A stretch of 20,906 bases of DNA from Promethearchaeati archaeon (GTDB lineage: Archaea; Asgardarchaeota; Heimdallarchaeia; JABLTI01): contig JABLTI010000042.1 in assembly GCA_013166835.1 (NCBI GenBank), forward strand, positions 1 through 20,906, given 5' to 3'. The notes beneath the pieces are model-generated. The model searched no databases. It was not told the origin of the DNA and saw nothing but the letters and a program-made list of their open reading frames with translations. Position numbers and translations under genes: made by a program. Numbering within the stretch: the first letter of the stretch is position 1; each line of letters begins with the position of its first letter. This document shows positions 1-8,967 of the stretch, piece by piece.

Positions 1-243
1 TATTTTGTTCCAGGCCATGGACCAGTTAGTAACAAAGAACCAATAGAATATATTTTAGCCTTTTTTGAATTGGTGAAATCAACTATGCTCAAGATGGCTT
101 CGGAAGGAAAATCTGAGGAAGAAATTCTCAAGAAATGTTATAACCTTGATTTCTACCCTATCAATGAAGAAGAGAAAGGGGATGTAGAAATGAAGGAACT
201 TACCCTCAAAAAGTGGTATGATGTTTGGATTAAAGAAAAATAA
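1..243 (+). CDS. MBL-fold metallo-hydrolase, C-terminal fragment (5' truncated by window)
   Basis: Frame 1 is open from base 1: YFVPGHGPVSNKEPIEY...WYDVWIKEK*. VPGHG is the typical last metal-binding His motif of MBL-fold proteins. Confidence 0.7.
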   Translation, partial: YFVPGHGPVSNKEPIEYILAFFELVKSTMLKMASEGKSEEEILKKCYNLDFYPINEEEKGDVEMKELTLKKWYDVWIKEK

Positions 244-261
244 ACTGACTGTGGCTTTGAT

Positions 262-1284
262 ATGAAAAAGGTTAGATTAGGAAGAACAAATCTTAAAGTC
301 TCTCGAGTAGGCATTGGTGGCATTCCTCTCCAGCGCCCCTCAGAGAAAGATGCTATCGAAGTCATTAAACATGCAGTCGATAATGGTATAAACATCATTG
401 ATACTTCTATAGGTTATGGTAATAGCGAAGAAAGAATTGGGAAAGCACTTGTTGGTCGTAGAGATGATGTTATATTAATTACTAGGACTAGTGCAGCAGA
501 TAAGAAACGAGCTGCTGAACATATAGAACAAAGCTTGAAGAATTTGCAAACGGATTTTATCGATATTTATGAGCTACATAACTTTAGTACTCCTGAAAGG
601 TATCAAGCTGCTTTTAGTGAAGGAGGAATCATGGAAGCGGTCTATGATGCACAGGCTAAAGGTAAAATCGGTCATATAGGCTTTACTAGTCACTGTATTA
701 ACACAGTAAAAATGGCAGTAAAATCAGAAATTTTTGACGTTATTCTTTTTCCATTCAACTTTGTCAATAATGAAGCTGAAGAAGAATTGCTTCCAATAAC
801 AAAGAAACTTGATATTGGATTTACTGCAATGAAGCCATTTGCAGGTGGTAGACTTACTGAAGCAAATTTAGTGCTGAAATATCTCTTACAATTTGATAAT
901 GTAGTTCCGGTTCCTGGTGTAGAGAAAAAAGAAGAAATTAATGAAATATTGGAAATTGTAAATGGTACATGGAATATCACTTTAGAAGAAGAACAAAGAA
1001 TGGATAATATTCGAAAGGAATTAAGTGATCCATTTTGTCAATGGTGTGGTTATTGTGCTCCTGGTTGTCCACAAGAAATCTATATGCCGTTTGTTATCAA
1101 TGCAGAAAGTATGTGGAAACTCTGGCCCCATGAATCGAATGTTAAACGATACAAAGATATTCTCGTTGCTGCAAAAACATGCACAGATTGCGGGGAATGC
1201 GAGGAAAAATGCCCATATAATCTACCGGTAAGGGATTTGATGGAGAAAGGAATTGAGTATATTGAAAGCAAAATTACTATTTAG
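262..1284 (+). CDS. Aldo/keto reductase with C-terminal 4Fe-4S dicluster domain
   Basis: RLGRTNLKVSRVGIGG start, IDTSIGYG, LQTDFIDIYELH, AMKPFAGG; Cys motifs CQWCGYCAPGCP and CTDCGECEEKCP. Confidence 0.92.
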   Translation: MKKVRLGRTNLKVSRVGIGGIPLQRPSEKDAIEVIKHAVDNGINIIDTSIGYGNSEERIGKALVGRRDDVILITRTSAADKKRAAEHIEQSLKNLQTDFIDIYELHNFSTPERYQAAFSEGGIMEAVYDAQAKGKIGHIGFTSHCINTVKMAVKSEIFDVILFPFNFVNNEAEEELLPITKKLDIGFTAMKPFAGGRLTEANLVLKYLLQFDNVVPVPGVEKKEEINEILEIVNGTWNITLEEEQRMDNIRKELSDPFCQWCGYCAPGCPQEIYMPFVINAESMWKLWPHESNVKRYKDILVAAKTCTDCGECEEKCPYNLPVRDLMEKGIEYIESKITI

Positions 1285-1304
1285 TTAAGTAAAGGTGAAG
1301 AAAG

Positions 1305-2186
1305 ATGAAATATGAAATAAAAACATATCAAGAATCATTTCTTGAAGATCAATACGAAGTTGGAAAAGAAGCAATCAAAGATTGGTTATTCGAAGCTCAA
1401 ACACCAGTAAAATCATTAAGAGAAACCTATTCACAACCAGGTTTTGATCCTACAACTAGGTTTTATGCCTTTATAGATGATAAAATGATAGGTTATGTTC
1501 TTACTCGAGTTTTGGGTGAAATTGATGGTGTTATAAAAGCTGATCTCAGTTATCCTAGAGTATTGCCTGGATATGAAGATGCTTTTGATCTTCTATATGA
1601 GAAGGCAATTGAGGAATTAAAGAAAAGAGATGCTAAGGTAGTTCGATCCATAGCATCCAAACAATGGCCAAATACTATTGAGGCATTTGAAAAACTAGGA
1701 TTTGCATATACTTCAGAAGTATATCGGATTTTTAATCTGGAAACAGGCAAATTTAACATAGATGACAAATTGGATATGAAAGGAATTTCAGAATTTAACA
1801 AAGAAACAGATTTTGACGACGTTGTGGAGTTCTTTGTTAGAACTAGAGGTATGAAAGAAGAAAGAGCAATGCAAGTAATGGATATAATAGCAAATGTTTA
1901 TCCTGAAGAATTTTTTGCCCACATTTTGTTGCGCAGTAATAATAAAATCGCAGCTCGTGCTGTTTGCACACGCATGAGTGATGATACTGGAAATTTCTAT
2001 TACTTTGGTGATGAAGACAATTTTGACAACCCCATTATAACTAAAATGATTGCAGTGTTAAAGGAAAAAGGAATAGAAAATGTGAATGCCTTTCTTACTA
2101 AAGATACTCTTAGCCAAGAAGAAAAACATCTAAAATTAGGTTTTATTAACTATGGAGAAGTCTCCAGATATGAAAAAGAAATCTAG
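1305..2186 (+). CDS. Putative tandem-GNAT-fold N-acetyltransferase
   Basis: RBS GGTGA upstream; FYAFIDDKMIGYV strand and two KLGF-type motif-B endings (AFEKLGF, HLKLGF); canonical acetyl-CoA motif A not obvious. Confidence 0.55.
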   Translation: MKYEIKTYQESFLEDQYEVGKEAIKDWLFEAQTPVKSLRETYSQPGFDPTTRFYAFIDDKMIGYVLTRVLGEIDGVIKADLSYPRVLPGYEDAFDLLYEKAIEELKKRDAKVVRSIASKQWPNTIEAFEKLGFAYTSEVYRIFNLETGKFNIDDKLDMKGISEFNKETDFDDVVEFFVRTRGMKEERAMQVMDIIANVYPEEFFAHILLRSNNKIAARAVCTRMSDDTGNFYYFGDEDNFDNPIITKMIAVLKEKGIENVNAFLTKDTLSQEEKHLKLGFINYGEVSRYEKEI

Positions 2187-2224
2187 AATTAGTTGATGAG
2201 GTGTGAAAGATATTAGAAATAGCT

Positions 2225-2578
2225 ATGAATCAAATTAATGTTCCAGATTTAGAGAAAGCAATAGAATGGTATACCAAGAAATTAGGATTTGAAGTTTCGA
2301 AAGAACATTTTTACCCACCACAAGCAGTTGATTTAGTGCAAAAGAGTGGTATAAGATTACTTTTGTACAAAGTGGAAAAAAGTGTAGAGATTGATTATCC
2401 AAATGTCAATCAATCAGTAATTATTTTCAAAACGAAAGACTTGAAAGAAACAATGAAGAAAATGAAAGAAAAAGGGGTAGAATTAATTTATCCAGATGCA
2501 ATTGAATTCCCAGCAGGACTTTTCAACGCATTCAAAGATCCTTTCGGAAATGTCCATGAAGTTGTTCAAATCAAATAA
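2225..2578 (+). CDS. VOC/glyoxalase-bleomycin resistance family protein (start may be ATA at 2210)
   Basis: INVPDLEKAIEWYTKKLGF and FKDPFGNVHEV are hallmark VOC motifs. Confidence 0.9.
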   Translation: MNQINVPDLEKAIEWYTKKLGFEVSKEHFYPPQAVDLVQKSGIRLLLYKVEKSVEIDYPNVNQSVIIFKTKDLKETMKKMKEKGVELIYPDAIEFPAGLFNAFKDPFGNVHEVVQIK

Positions 2579-2650
2579 AATCTTCTATTGCAAATCTTTG
2601 AGTATTACATACATTTTTATAGAATTAATATACACATTACTGTAGACAAA

Positions 2651-2746
2651 CGACTTTGTAGATTATTGCTTGAGAGATTCAGACAGTATCTCACTGAAAG
2701 ACCTCAAACATAATCACTGGATGGCAGTCGAACATCCACCGAGTCG
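2651..2746 (+). promoter_or_regulatory. Putative structured 5' leader RNA (two hairpins closed by a basal stem)
   Basis: Pairings read by eye: CGACT 2651-55/AGTCG 2742-46; GATTAT 2661-66/ATAATC 2710-15; TTGAG 2670-74/CTCAA 2703-07; TTCAG 2678-82/CTGAA 2694-98; TGGATG 2718-23/CATCCA 2733-38. Lies after a TATA-like TTTTTATA (~2613-2620). Confidence 0.45.
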
Positions 2747-2776
2747 ATTTGATCATAAACAATGAGGTATAGCTAA

Positions 2777-3856
2777 ATGAAGAAGACTCGTAAGAGAATT
2801 CTAAAACAAGTAGCAGCAGGTAAGATATCTGCTGAACAAGGGGAAAAGCTCCTACAAGAGCTTGAGCGTGATGAGAGAAGATCTGATGCTTCTCTAAGTA
2901 ATTTTGGTTCGAATGTTATTACTCCAGCCAATCTCAAGAATCTAATTCCTAAATTAGCTCCCGCTGTCACTGAAGAATTTTTTGAAGCAATGGAAAGTGG
3001 AGCCTATCTTGGCATAACTTGGCAGGAATTCAAAGAACTAGTTCTCAAAAACATCAATCCTGATTATGTTAAAGAATTAACAAGATTAGGATATGGTGAT
3101 TTAACAGATAATCACACATATGAATTTGTGATTTTCGGAGTAAATCCAGAGTACATTAAAGGATTACAAAAAAGAGGGTACAAAGAAATCCCTGAACATA
3201 AGCTCATAGAAATGGCTATTCATAGAGTTTCACTTGAGTTTATTGATGAAATGGAAGCAGTAGGCTACGAAGATATACCAATTGACACACTTCTAGAATT
3301 AAGAATTCATCAAGTTTCACCAGAATCCATTTCTCAATATAATGCAATGGGCTACAAAGACTTGGAACTCAGAAAGCTTATTGAGATGAAAATACACCGA
3401 ATTTTACCAGAGTTTATCCACTCATATGAGAAAATTGGCTATAAAGGACTTCCAGTGGATAAGTTAATTGAATTAGGAATACACAAAGTTACTCCTGAAT
3501 TTATCTCTAACTTTCGTAAAATTGATCCTCAAATAAGTGACATCAACGATTTCATTGAAATGAGAATTCATCGTGTATCAAATGAATTCTATCAGGATAT
3601 TCGAGAGTTAGGTTATGATGTGGATTCAATTAAAAGACTGCTTGAAATGAGGATCCACAGAGTGTCTCCAGAATTCATTAAAGATATTAATGGATTATTC
3701 TCTGAAGATTTGAGCTTAGAAACACTAATTGAGTTCAGAATTCACAACATAAACAAAGACTACATTGAGATTTTGCGAGATAAAGGTGCAAAAGAACTAA
3801 CACCAGAAAGAATCGTTGATGCAAAAATACATGGATTCTTAAATTACTTTGACTAG
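2777..3856 (+). CDS. SHOCT-like (YvlB/LiaX N-terminal-like) domain plus ~10 tandem 29-aa helical repeats; function unknown
   Basis: RBS GAGGT; N-terminal RKRILKQVAAGKISAEQGEKLL; repeats of consensus LxxxxLIEMxIHxVxPEFIxxxxxxGYxD with 29-aa period. Confidence 0.8.
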   Translation: MKKTRKRILKQVAAGKISAEQGEKLLQELERDERRSDASLSNFGSNVITPANLKNLIPKLAPAVTEEFFEAMESGAYLGITWQEFKELVLKNINPDYVKELTRLGYGDLTDNHTYEFVIFGVNPEYIKGLQKRGYKEIPEHKLIEMAIHRVSLEFIDEMEAVGYEDIPIDTLLELRIHQVSPESISQYNAMGYKDLELRKLIEMKIHRILPEFIHSYEKIGYKGLPVDKLIELGIHKVTPEFISNFRKIDPQISDINDFIEMRIHRVSNEFYQDIRELGYDVDSIKRLLEMRIHRVSPEFIKDINGLFSEDLSLETLIEFRIHNINKDYIEILRDKGAKELTPERIVDAKIHGFLNYFD

Positions 3857-3877
3857 GCAAAATTTACGAAAAACAAA

Positions 3878-3910
3878 GATTTGTATTAGTATAGAAAGCT
3901 AGTACAAATC
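3878..3910 (+). repeat. Intergenic inverted repeat/hairpin
   Basis: GATTTGTATTAG-9 nt-CTAGTACAAATC, 12-bp stem with one G.U pair. Confidence 0.7.
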
Positions 3911-3939
3911 ATCCTTTATTTCCAGATGAGGTAAAAACT

Positions 3940-4839
3940 ATGGAAGAAACACGAAAAAGTATTCTGAAGAAAATTTCAGAGGGCAATCTTTCTGTAGAAG
4001 AAGCTGAAATACTACTAGATGAGATAAAGGAAAGAGATCGTTCTATTTATTCCAAAGAATTAGCAAAAGTCGGTTATGATGACATTACTACTAATCAACT
4101 AATTAAAATGGCTAGACATGAAATAACTATTGAATTCATTCTTGCGCTTGATGAAGCAGGCTTTAGTAACCTCTCACCAAATGCTCTTGTTCGGCTAAAG
4201 TTAGGTGATGTAACACCCGATTACATATCTTCTGTTAGGGATTTGTTCACACTGCCGATATCTGTGACTAATCTTGTTATTTTTGTGAGGCAAGGAGTAA
4301 CACCTGCTTTTATTGAAGAAATTCAAGATTTAGGTTATCCCGAAGTTTCACCGTCAAAAATTGCAAAACTAAGTACTTTTGGTATTACTGCTTCTTATAT
4401 CAGGAACATGAATGAAGCATTCTCGAAGCATTTATCTTTGAATCAAATAATTAATAGTAAAATACAGAATATCTCTGAAGAATTTATTGAAGAATTAGCA
4501 AGTATTGGATATGACGATCTTACTATTAATAGACTTGTAGAATTCAAAATTCATGGCATAGATAAAGAATTCATAGTAGGTTTTAAGGAAATTGGATACG
4601 TGAAAATTCCATTGAATACTCTAGTAAATCTAGCAATTCACACGATTACTCCAGATTTTATTTTTGAAATGCAAAAAATGCTTGTAGAAGAGCTTAATTT
4701 ACAGCAAATACTGGATTTAAAAATCCATAATGTCACTAAAGAATTTCTGCAGAAACTGAAAGAGAGAGGAGTAAAAACAATTACTGCTCAAAAGGCAATT
4801 GATGCAAAGATACATGGATTCTTAAAATACTTTGAATAG
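3940..4839 (+). CDS. Paralog of 2777..3856: SHOCT-like N-terminus plus 8-9 tandem 29-aa repeats
   Basis: RBS GAGGT; TRKSILKKISEGNLSVEEAEILL; same repeat period; near-identical C-terminus DAKIHGFLKYFE vs DAKIHGFLNYFD. Confidence 0.8.
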   Translation: MEETRKSILKKISEGNLSVEEAEILLDEIKERDRSIYSKELAKVGYDDITTNQLIKMARHEITIEFILALDEAGFSNLSPNALVRLKLGDVTPDYISSVRDLFTLPISVTNLVIFVRQGVTPAFIEEIQDLGYPEVSPSKIAKLSTFGITASYIRNMNEAFSKHLSLNQIINSKIQNISEEFIEELASIGYDDLTINRLVEFKIHGIDKEFIVGFKEIGYVKIPLNTLVNLAIHTITPDFIFEMQKMLVEELNLQQILDLKIHNVTKEFLQKLKERGVKTITAQKAIDAKIHGFLKYFE

Positions 4840-4926
4840 TCCATTCTTATCAGATATTTGTTCGGTAATCTTTTAAATTACTTGAACAATAAGTAAGAAA
4901 AAACAATTGATTTTGAGGTAAAAAAA

Positions 4927-6069
4927 ATGCAATATCGTCCATTAGGAAAAACAGGAATAAAAGCATCTATTCTAGGTTTTGGAGCCATGAGGTTACCAAC
5001 CTCCACACCTGGTGATCCAACATCAATAATAGAAGATGAAGCTATCAAAATCATAAGACAAGGAATTGATGGGGGAATAAATTACATTGATTCTGCTTAT
5101 GTCTATCATAGAGGAAAAAGCGAGGTTTTGGTAGGGAAAGCTCTCAAAGATGGTTATCGAGAGAAAGTACATATCATGACTAAGAATCCTGTGAGATTAG
5201 TTAATACAACTGAAGACTATCGCACATTATTAGATGAAGAATTGAAAAGATATGATACCGAGTATATCGATGTTTACCTTTTCCATGGATTAAAGAAAGA
5301 AAGCTATGAAGAAAAAATCTTACCACTCGAAATAGTAGATGAAGCAAAAGCAGCTAAGAAAGAGGGACTAATAAAACATATTGGCTTATCATCCCATGAT
5401 AAACCCGAAAATGTAATTGAATTATTAGATACTGGAATTTTCGAAGCCATATTATTACAATACAATATTATTGATAATTCATATGTTGATGCAATCGCAC
5501 ATGCTGCAAAGAAGGGAATAGGCGTTTGTGTCATGGGTCCTGTAGCAGGAGGAAGGTTAGCATTAGAACCGCCGAAAGATTTAGTTGATTGCTTAACCCC
5601 AGGAGAAGAAACTTTCATAGATCTAGCATTCAAACATGTTTGGGACAATCCAAATGTCACTGTAGCACTCTCAGGAATGGGTGATGCTGATATGGTGACG
5701 AAAAATCTCGCGCTAGCCAATGCAGAAGTTGTTACCCTTACTCCTGAAGAAAGAGAGCGAACAAAGAAGATTGATACTACTTACAAACAATTATCTGATG
5801 TAATTTGTACTCAATGTGGTTATTGTGAACCATGCGAACAGGAAGTAAACATAACTCGAATTCTGAAACAATTAATTCATTGGGAAGTATATGGTTGGGA
5901 CATGGCGAAACGCTACTATCAAATGATTGGCAACTCCCCAATTGCTCCGGGGAAACAAGCTCCTGCTTGTATTGAATGTGGTGATTGTGAAGAAAAATGT
6001 CCTCAAGGTATTCCTATTATTGAAAAGCTAAAAGAAGCTCATGAAATTCTAGGTGCTAAAGAAAATTAG
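4927..6069 (+). CDS. Aldo/keto reductase with C-terminal 4Fe-4S dicluster domain
   Basis: MQYRPLGKTG, LGFGAMRLP, IDSAYVY, MTK, YLFH; CTQCGYCEPC and CIECGDCEEKCP; RBS GAGGT. Confidence 0.93.
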   Translation: MQYRPLGKTGIKASILGFGAMRLPTSTPGDPTSIIEDEAIKIIRQGIDGGINYIDSAYVYHRGKSEVLVGKALKDGYREKVHIMTKNPVRLVNTTEDYRTLLDEELKRYDTEYIDVYLFHGLKKESYEEKILPLEIVDEAKAAKKEGLIKHIGLSSHDKPENVIELLDTGIFEAILLQYNIIDNSYVDAIAHAAKKGIGVCVMGPVAGGRLALEPPKDLVDCLTPGEETFIDLAFKHVWDNPNVTVALSGMGDADMVTKNLALANAEVVTLTPEERERTKKIDTTYKQLSDVICTQCGYCEPCEQEVNITRILKQLIHWEVYGWDMAKRYYQMIGNSPIAPGKQAPACIECGDCEEKCPQGIPIIEKLKEAHEILGAKEN

Positions 6070-6121
6070 AACAAACTAAATTCTTTAATGCCTCTTTATT
6101 TTTCTTTTTTATTCGATTACA

Positions 6122-6949
6122 ATGAAACAGTGGGAAAAAGAAAAGCTGGTTGTTGAGAAATCAAAATTCCCAATAACTAAAGATCTGTTGGTTAAGGATC
6201 TCAGAAAAATCGGTCTTCAAGCTGGAGATATTGTCATCGTCCACAGCTCTTTGAGTAAAATAGGTTGGGTTGTTGGTGATGCTATTACTGTTATTTACGC
6301 TTTAATGGAAGCTCTTACTGAAGAAGGAACACTTGTTATGCCCACAATGACTGGCGGAAATACTAATCCGGAAAATTGGAATTATCCACCTGTTCCAGAA
6401 GATTGGAAACCTATTATACGTCAAGAAATGCCCCCATTTGAACCAGCTGTCACCTCAACTCGAGGTATGGGTCGTATTCCGGAATTATTCCGAATTTTAC
6501 CCAATGTTTTTCGTAGTAATCATCCCCAATCATCTTTTTCAGCATGGGGTAAACATGCAAAAGAAATTGTTAGTGAACATAAAGTAGAAACAAGTTTCGG
6601 TTACGATAGTCCTTTAAGGAAAATATATGATCTCAAAGGTAAGATCTTGCTTTTAGGAGTTCATCATAGTTCTAATACTTCTCTTCATTATGCTGAAGTT
6701 AAAGCAGAATTGCCTAATTTTCCAATAGAAACACAAGGTGCTGCTCTTTTAGAGGATGGGAAGAGAGTATGGAAAGCTTGGAAAGAAATGAAATACGATT
6801 CAGATGATTTCGAAGAAATTGGATTAGCTTTTGAGAAATCAGTTAATTATCAAACTGTTAATATTGGTTTAGCAGAGAGTAGACTGATATTTTCAAAAGA
6901 TATTATAGATTTTGCAGTTAAGTGGTTAAGAGAACATCGCAAATATTAA
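6122..6949 (+). CDS. AAC(3)-family (YokD-like) N-acetyltransferase
   Basis: VHSSLSKIGWVVG, GTLVMPT, GRIPELFR, RSNHP-SFSAWG, ILLLGV-NTSLHYAE motifs of the Antibiotic_NAT family. Substrate not inferable. Confidence 0.9.
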   Translation: MKQWEKEKLVVEKSKFPITKDLLVKDLRKIGLQAGDIVIVHSSLSKIGWVVGDAITVIYALMEALTEEGTLVMPTMTGGNTNPENWNYPPVPEDWKPIIRQEMPPFEPAVTSTRGMGRIPELFRILPNVFRSNHPQSSFSAWGKHAKEIVSEHKVETSFGYDSPLRKIYDLKGKILLLGVHHSSNTSLHYAEVKAELPNFPIETQGAALLEDGKRVWKAWKEMKYDSDDFEEIGLAFEKSVNYQTVNIGLAESRLIFSKDIIDFAVKWLREHRKY

Positions 6950-6969
6950 CATCCATTGGAGTATTATAG

Positions 6970-8106
6970 ATGCATTACAGAACACTTGGTAAAACAGGAA
7001 TCAAAGTTTCAATACTTGGATTTGGAGTATTACGATTACCTATGAAAGGAAGAGGAAAAATTGACGTAGAGGAAAGCATCAAAATAATAAGAAAAAGCAT
7101 TGATAATGGAATAAATATCGTTGATACTGCGTATAATTATCATAATGGAAAAAGTGAGATTATTCTTGGTCAGGCGTTAAAGGATGGCTATAGAGAGAAA
7201 GTAACTCTAATAACTAAAAATCCTCTTTGGGAAGTAAAGAAAGCAGAAGATTTCGATCACTTATTAGATGAGCAACTAGCAAAATTAGAGGTAGATTATC
7301 TGGATATCTACCTTTTTCACAACATAAATAAAAAGAGATACGATGAAGTAATTCAGGAATTCAATCTTTTCGATAAAATGAAGGAAGCCAAGAAGAAGGG
7401 GAAAATAAAACATATTGGTTTCTCATCTCATGATACACCCAAGAATATCAAAAAGTACATTGATGAAAATGAATTCGAAGTAATGTTGGTTCAGTATAAT
7501 TTCGTAGATCCAATTAATGAGGAAATAATTCAATACGCACAGGAAAAAGGTCTTGGAGTCATTCTTATGGGCCCATGTGGTGGTGGAAGACTAACAAATG
7601 AACCAACAGAGGAAATGAAGCAATGGTTGACACCAGGTAAAACAAATTTCTCTGATTTAGCCTTCAAATTCGTGTGGTCTAATCCAAATGTTGACATAGC
7701 ACTTTCCGGAATGAGCTCTGAGAAGATGGTTGATGAGAATATAGCATTAGTATCTAGTGATAACTATCAATTAAATGAAGAAGAAAAAGAACACTTACAA
7801 AAAGTTGCTCAGAATTACAGGGAAACATATGATATTAACTGCACTCAATGTGGCTATTGTGATGATTGTCCCCAAGAAGTAAATATCAAATTTATATTCA
7901 AACAACTCATGGTCTCAAGGGATCCTCTAAGAATGCATGGTGCAAGAGCAAATTATCGAGGAATAGGATTAGCTAAGAGATTTCCGGGGAAGAACGCACT
8001 TGCATGTGTTGAATGTGGAGAATGCCTTGAAAAGTGTCCGCAAGAAATCCCCATCATTGATCGTCTTAAAGAAGCTCACTCTATCCTAAAAGAAAGAGAT
8101 CTATGA
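6970..8106 (+). CDS. Aldo/keto reductase with C-terminal 4Fe-4S dicluster domain (close paralog of 4927..6069)
   Basis: MHYRTLGKTG, LGFGVLRLP, VDTAYNY, ITK, YLFH; CTQCGYCDDCP and CVECGECLEKCP. Confidence 0.93.
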   Translation: MHYRTLGKTGIKVSILGFGVLRLPMKGRGKIDVEESIKIIRKSIDNGINIVDTAYNYHNGKSEIILGQALKDGYREKVTLITKNPLWEVKKAEDFDHLLDEQLAKLEVDYLDIYLFHNINKKRYDEVIQEFNLFDKMKEAKKKGKIKHIGFSSHDTPKNIKKYIDENEFEVMLVQYNFVDPINEEIIQYAQEKGLGVILMGPCGGGRLTNEPTEEMKQWLTPGKTNFSDLAFKFVWSNPNVDIALSGMSSEKMVDENIALVSSDNYQLNEEEKEHLQKVAQNYRETYDINCTQCGYCDDCPQEVNIKFIFKQLMVSRDPLRMHGARANYRGIGLAKRFPGKNALACVECGECLEKCPQEIPIIDRLKEAHSILKERDL

Positions 8107-8128
8107 AAAAATGAGTCGCATTTTGAAT

Positions 8129-8788
8129 TTAGAATTTTCTTTTCTTCTTAAACTTGCGATTTAATAAATTTCCAATATGATACCCTGCATAAGAATAACT
8201 ATACGGTTTTTTTCTCTCTGGATGTTCACTTTCATCTTTGAGATATTTCATTGCTAGTTCTCTGTGTTCCTTTCTAAATTTTTTAGCATTCTCCTCACTA
8301 AGATAAATAGAACCGACAGCAATTTCCCCTAATTGGTCATAACGTTTTGTCACATCATCATCTAGGTTATTATAATAATTTTCCAGTATAAATTGAAGAG
8401 TATTAACTAATTCAATAGTGTTCATTTTAGTGATATCTTCGTACATATTACTAAGTTCTTTCTGTCTTTTTGGAGTTTGTTCATCAAATACTCCTTTGTT
8501 GAATTGTTCTCTTATTTTTTGAGAGAGATTTAATTCAATTGGTCTATAGTATCTTGTTTTGCTTCCTGGTTTTGTTATTTCATCTATCAACTCACTATCG
8601 AGTAATTTTTGAATATGATGATGAATGGTTGACTTGCTCTTGCTCAAATAGAAACTTAACTCATCTAAAGTAATATCTCTGTAAACGACTATAAGAAACC
8701 AAATGCTTAGCCTAGTTTTATTACTAATTACTTTAATGTAATTCTTAATGGTATCATTTGCGTTGTTTTGTGAATTCCCAAGTGTCAT
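8129..8788 (-). CDS. ArsR/winged-helix transcriptional regulator with C-terminal extension
   Basis: ISNKTRLSI...ITLDELSFYLSKSKSTIHHHIQKLLDSELI...KTRYY is an ArsR-like wHTH pattern. Confidence 0.85.
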   Translation of the reverse strand: MTLGNSQNNANDTIKNYIKVISNKTRLSIWFLIVVYRDITLDELSFYLSKSKSTIHHHIQKLLDSELIDEITKPGSKTRYYRPIELNLSQKIREQFNKGVFDEQTPKRQKELSNMYEDITKMNTIELVNTLQFILENYYNNLDDDVTKRYDQLGEIAVGSIYLSEENAKKFRKEHRELAMKYLKDESEHPERKKPYSYSYAGYHIGNLLNRKFKKKRKF

Positions 8789-8849
8789 TTTTCTCTCAGT
8801 TTATTATTGTTTTTTTTATTTATAAAAATATACGAAAATCTGATATTAA

Positions 8850-8865
8850 TTTAGAATATTCTAAA
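8850..8865. promoter_or_regulatory. Perfect 16-bp palindrome TTTAGAATATTCTAAA, putative operator
   Basis: In the divergent intergenic region; GAATATTC core recurs at 8917-8924 and a related AGAAATATTTCT at 9180-9191. Confidence 0.55.
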
Positions 8866-8881
8866 AATATCGTTTTTTTCG

Positions 8882-8894
8882 GAAAATTTAAATA
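8882..8894 (+). promoter_or_regulatory. Putative archaeal BRE/TATA promoter for small ORF 1
   Basis: GAAAA followed by TTTAAATA (8887-8894). AT-rich background lowers specificity. Confidence 0.45.
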
Positions 8895-8967
8895 TTCGAT
8901 TTTCTAAGTAAATATAGAATATTCCTATACCTTCCACAATAAAGATTTCCAAAGGGGTAGGACTGTG

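Noticed and set aside
153-5720. Short alternative-frame or antisense ORFs (153..398, 690..980, 1025..1231, 1080..1271, 1550..1801, 2773..2970, 5304..5720)
   Set aside because: Shadows of well-supported genes.
6122-6949. Calling this a bona fide aminoglycoside resistance gene (aac(3))
   Set aside because: Family membership only; YokD-like chromosomal homologs have uncertain substrates.
8108-8124. Small hairpin AAAATG-AGTCG-CATTTT between convergent genes
   Set aside because: 6-bp AT-rich stem, too weak to call as a terminator.
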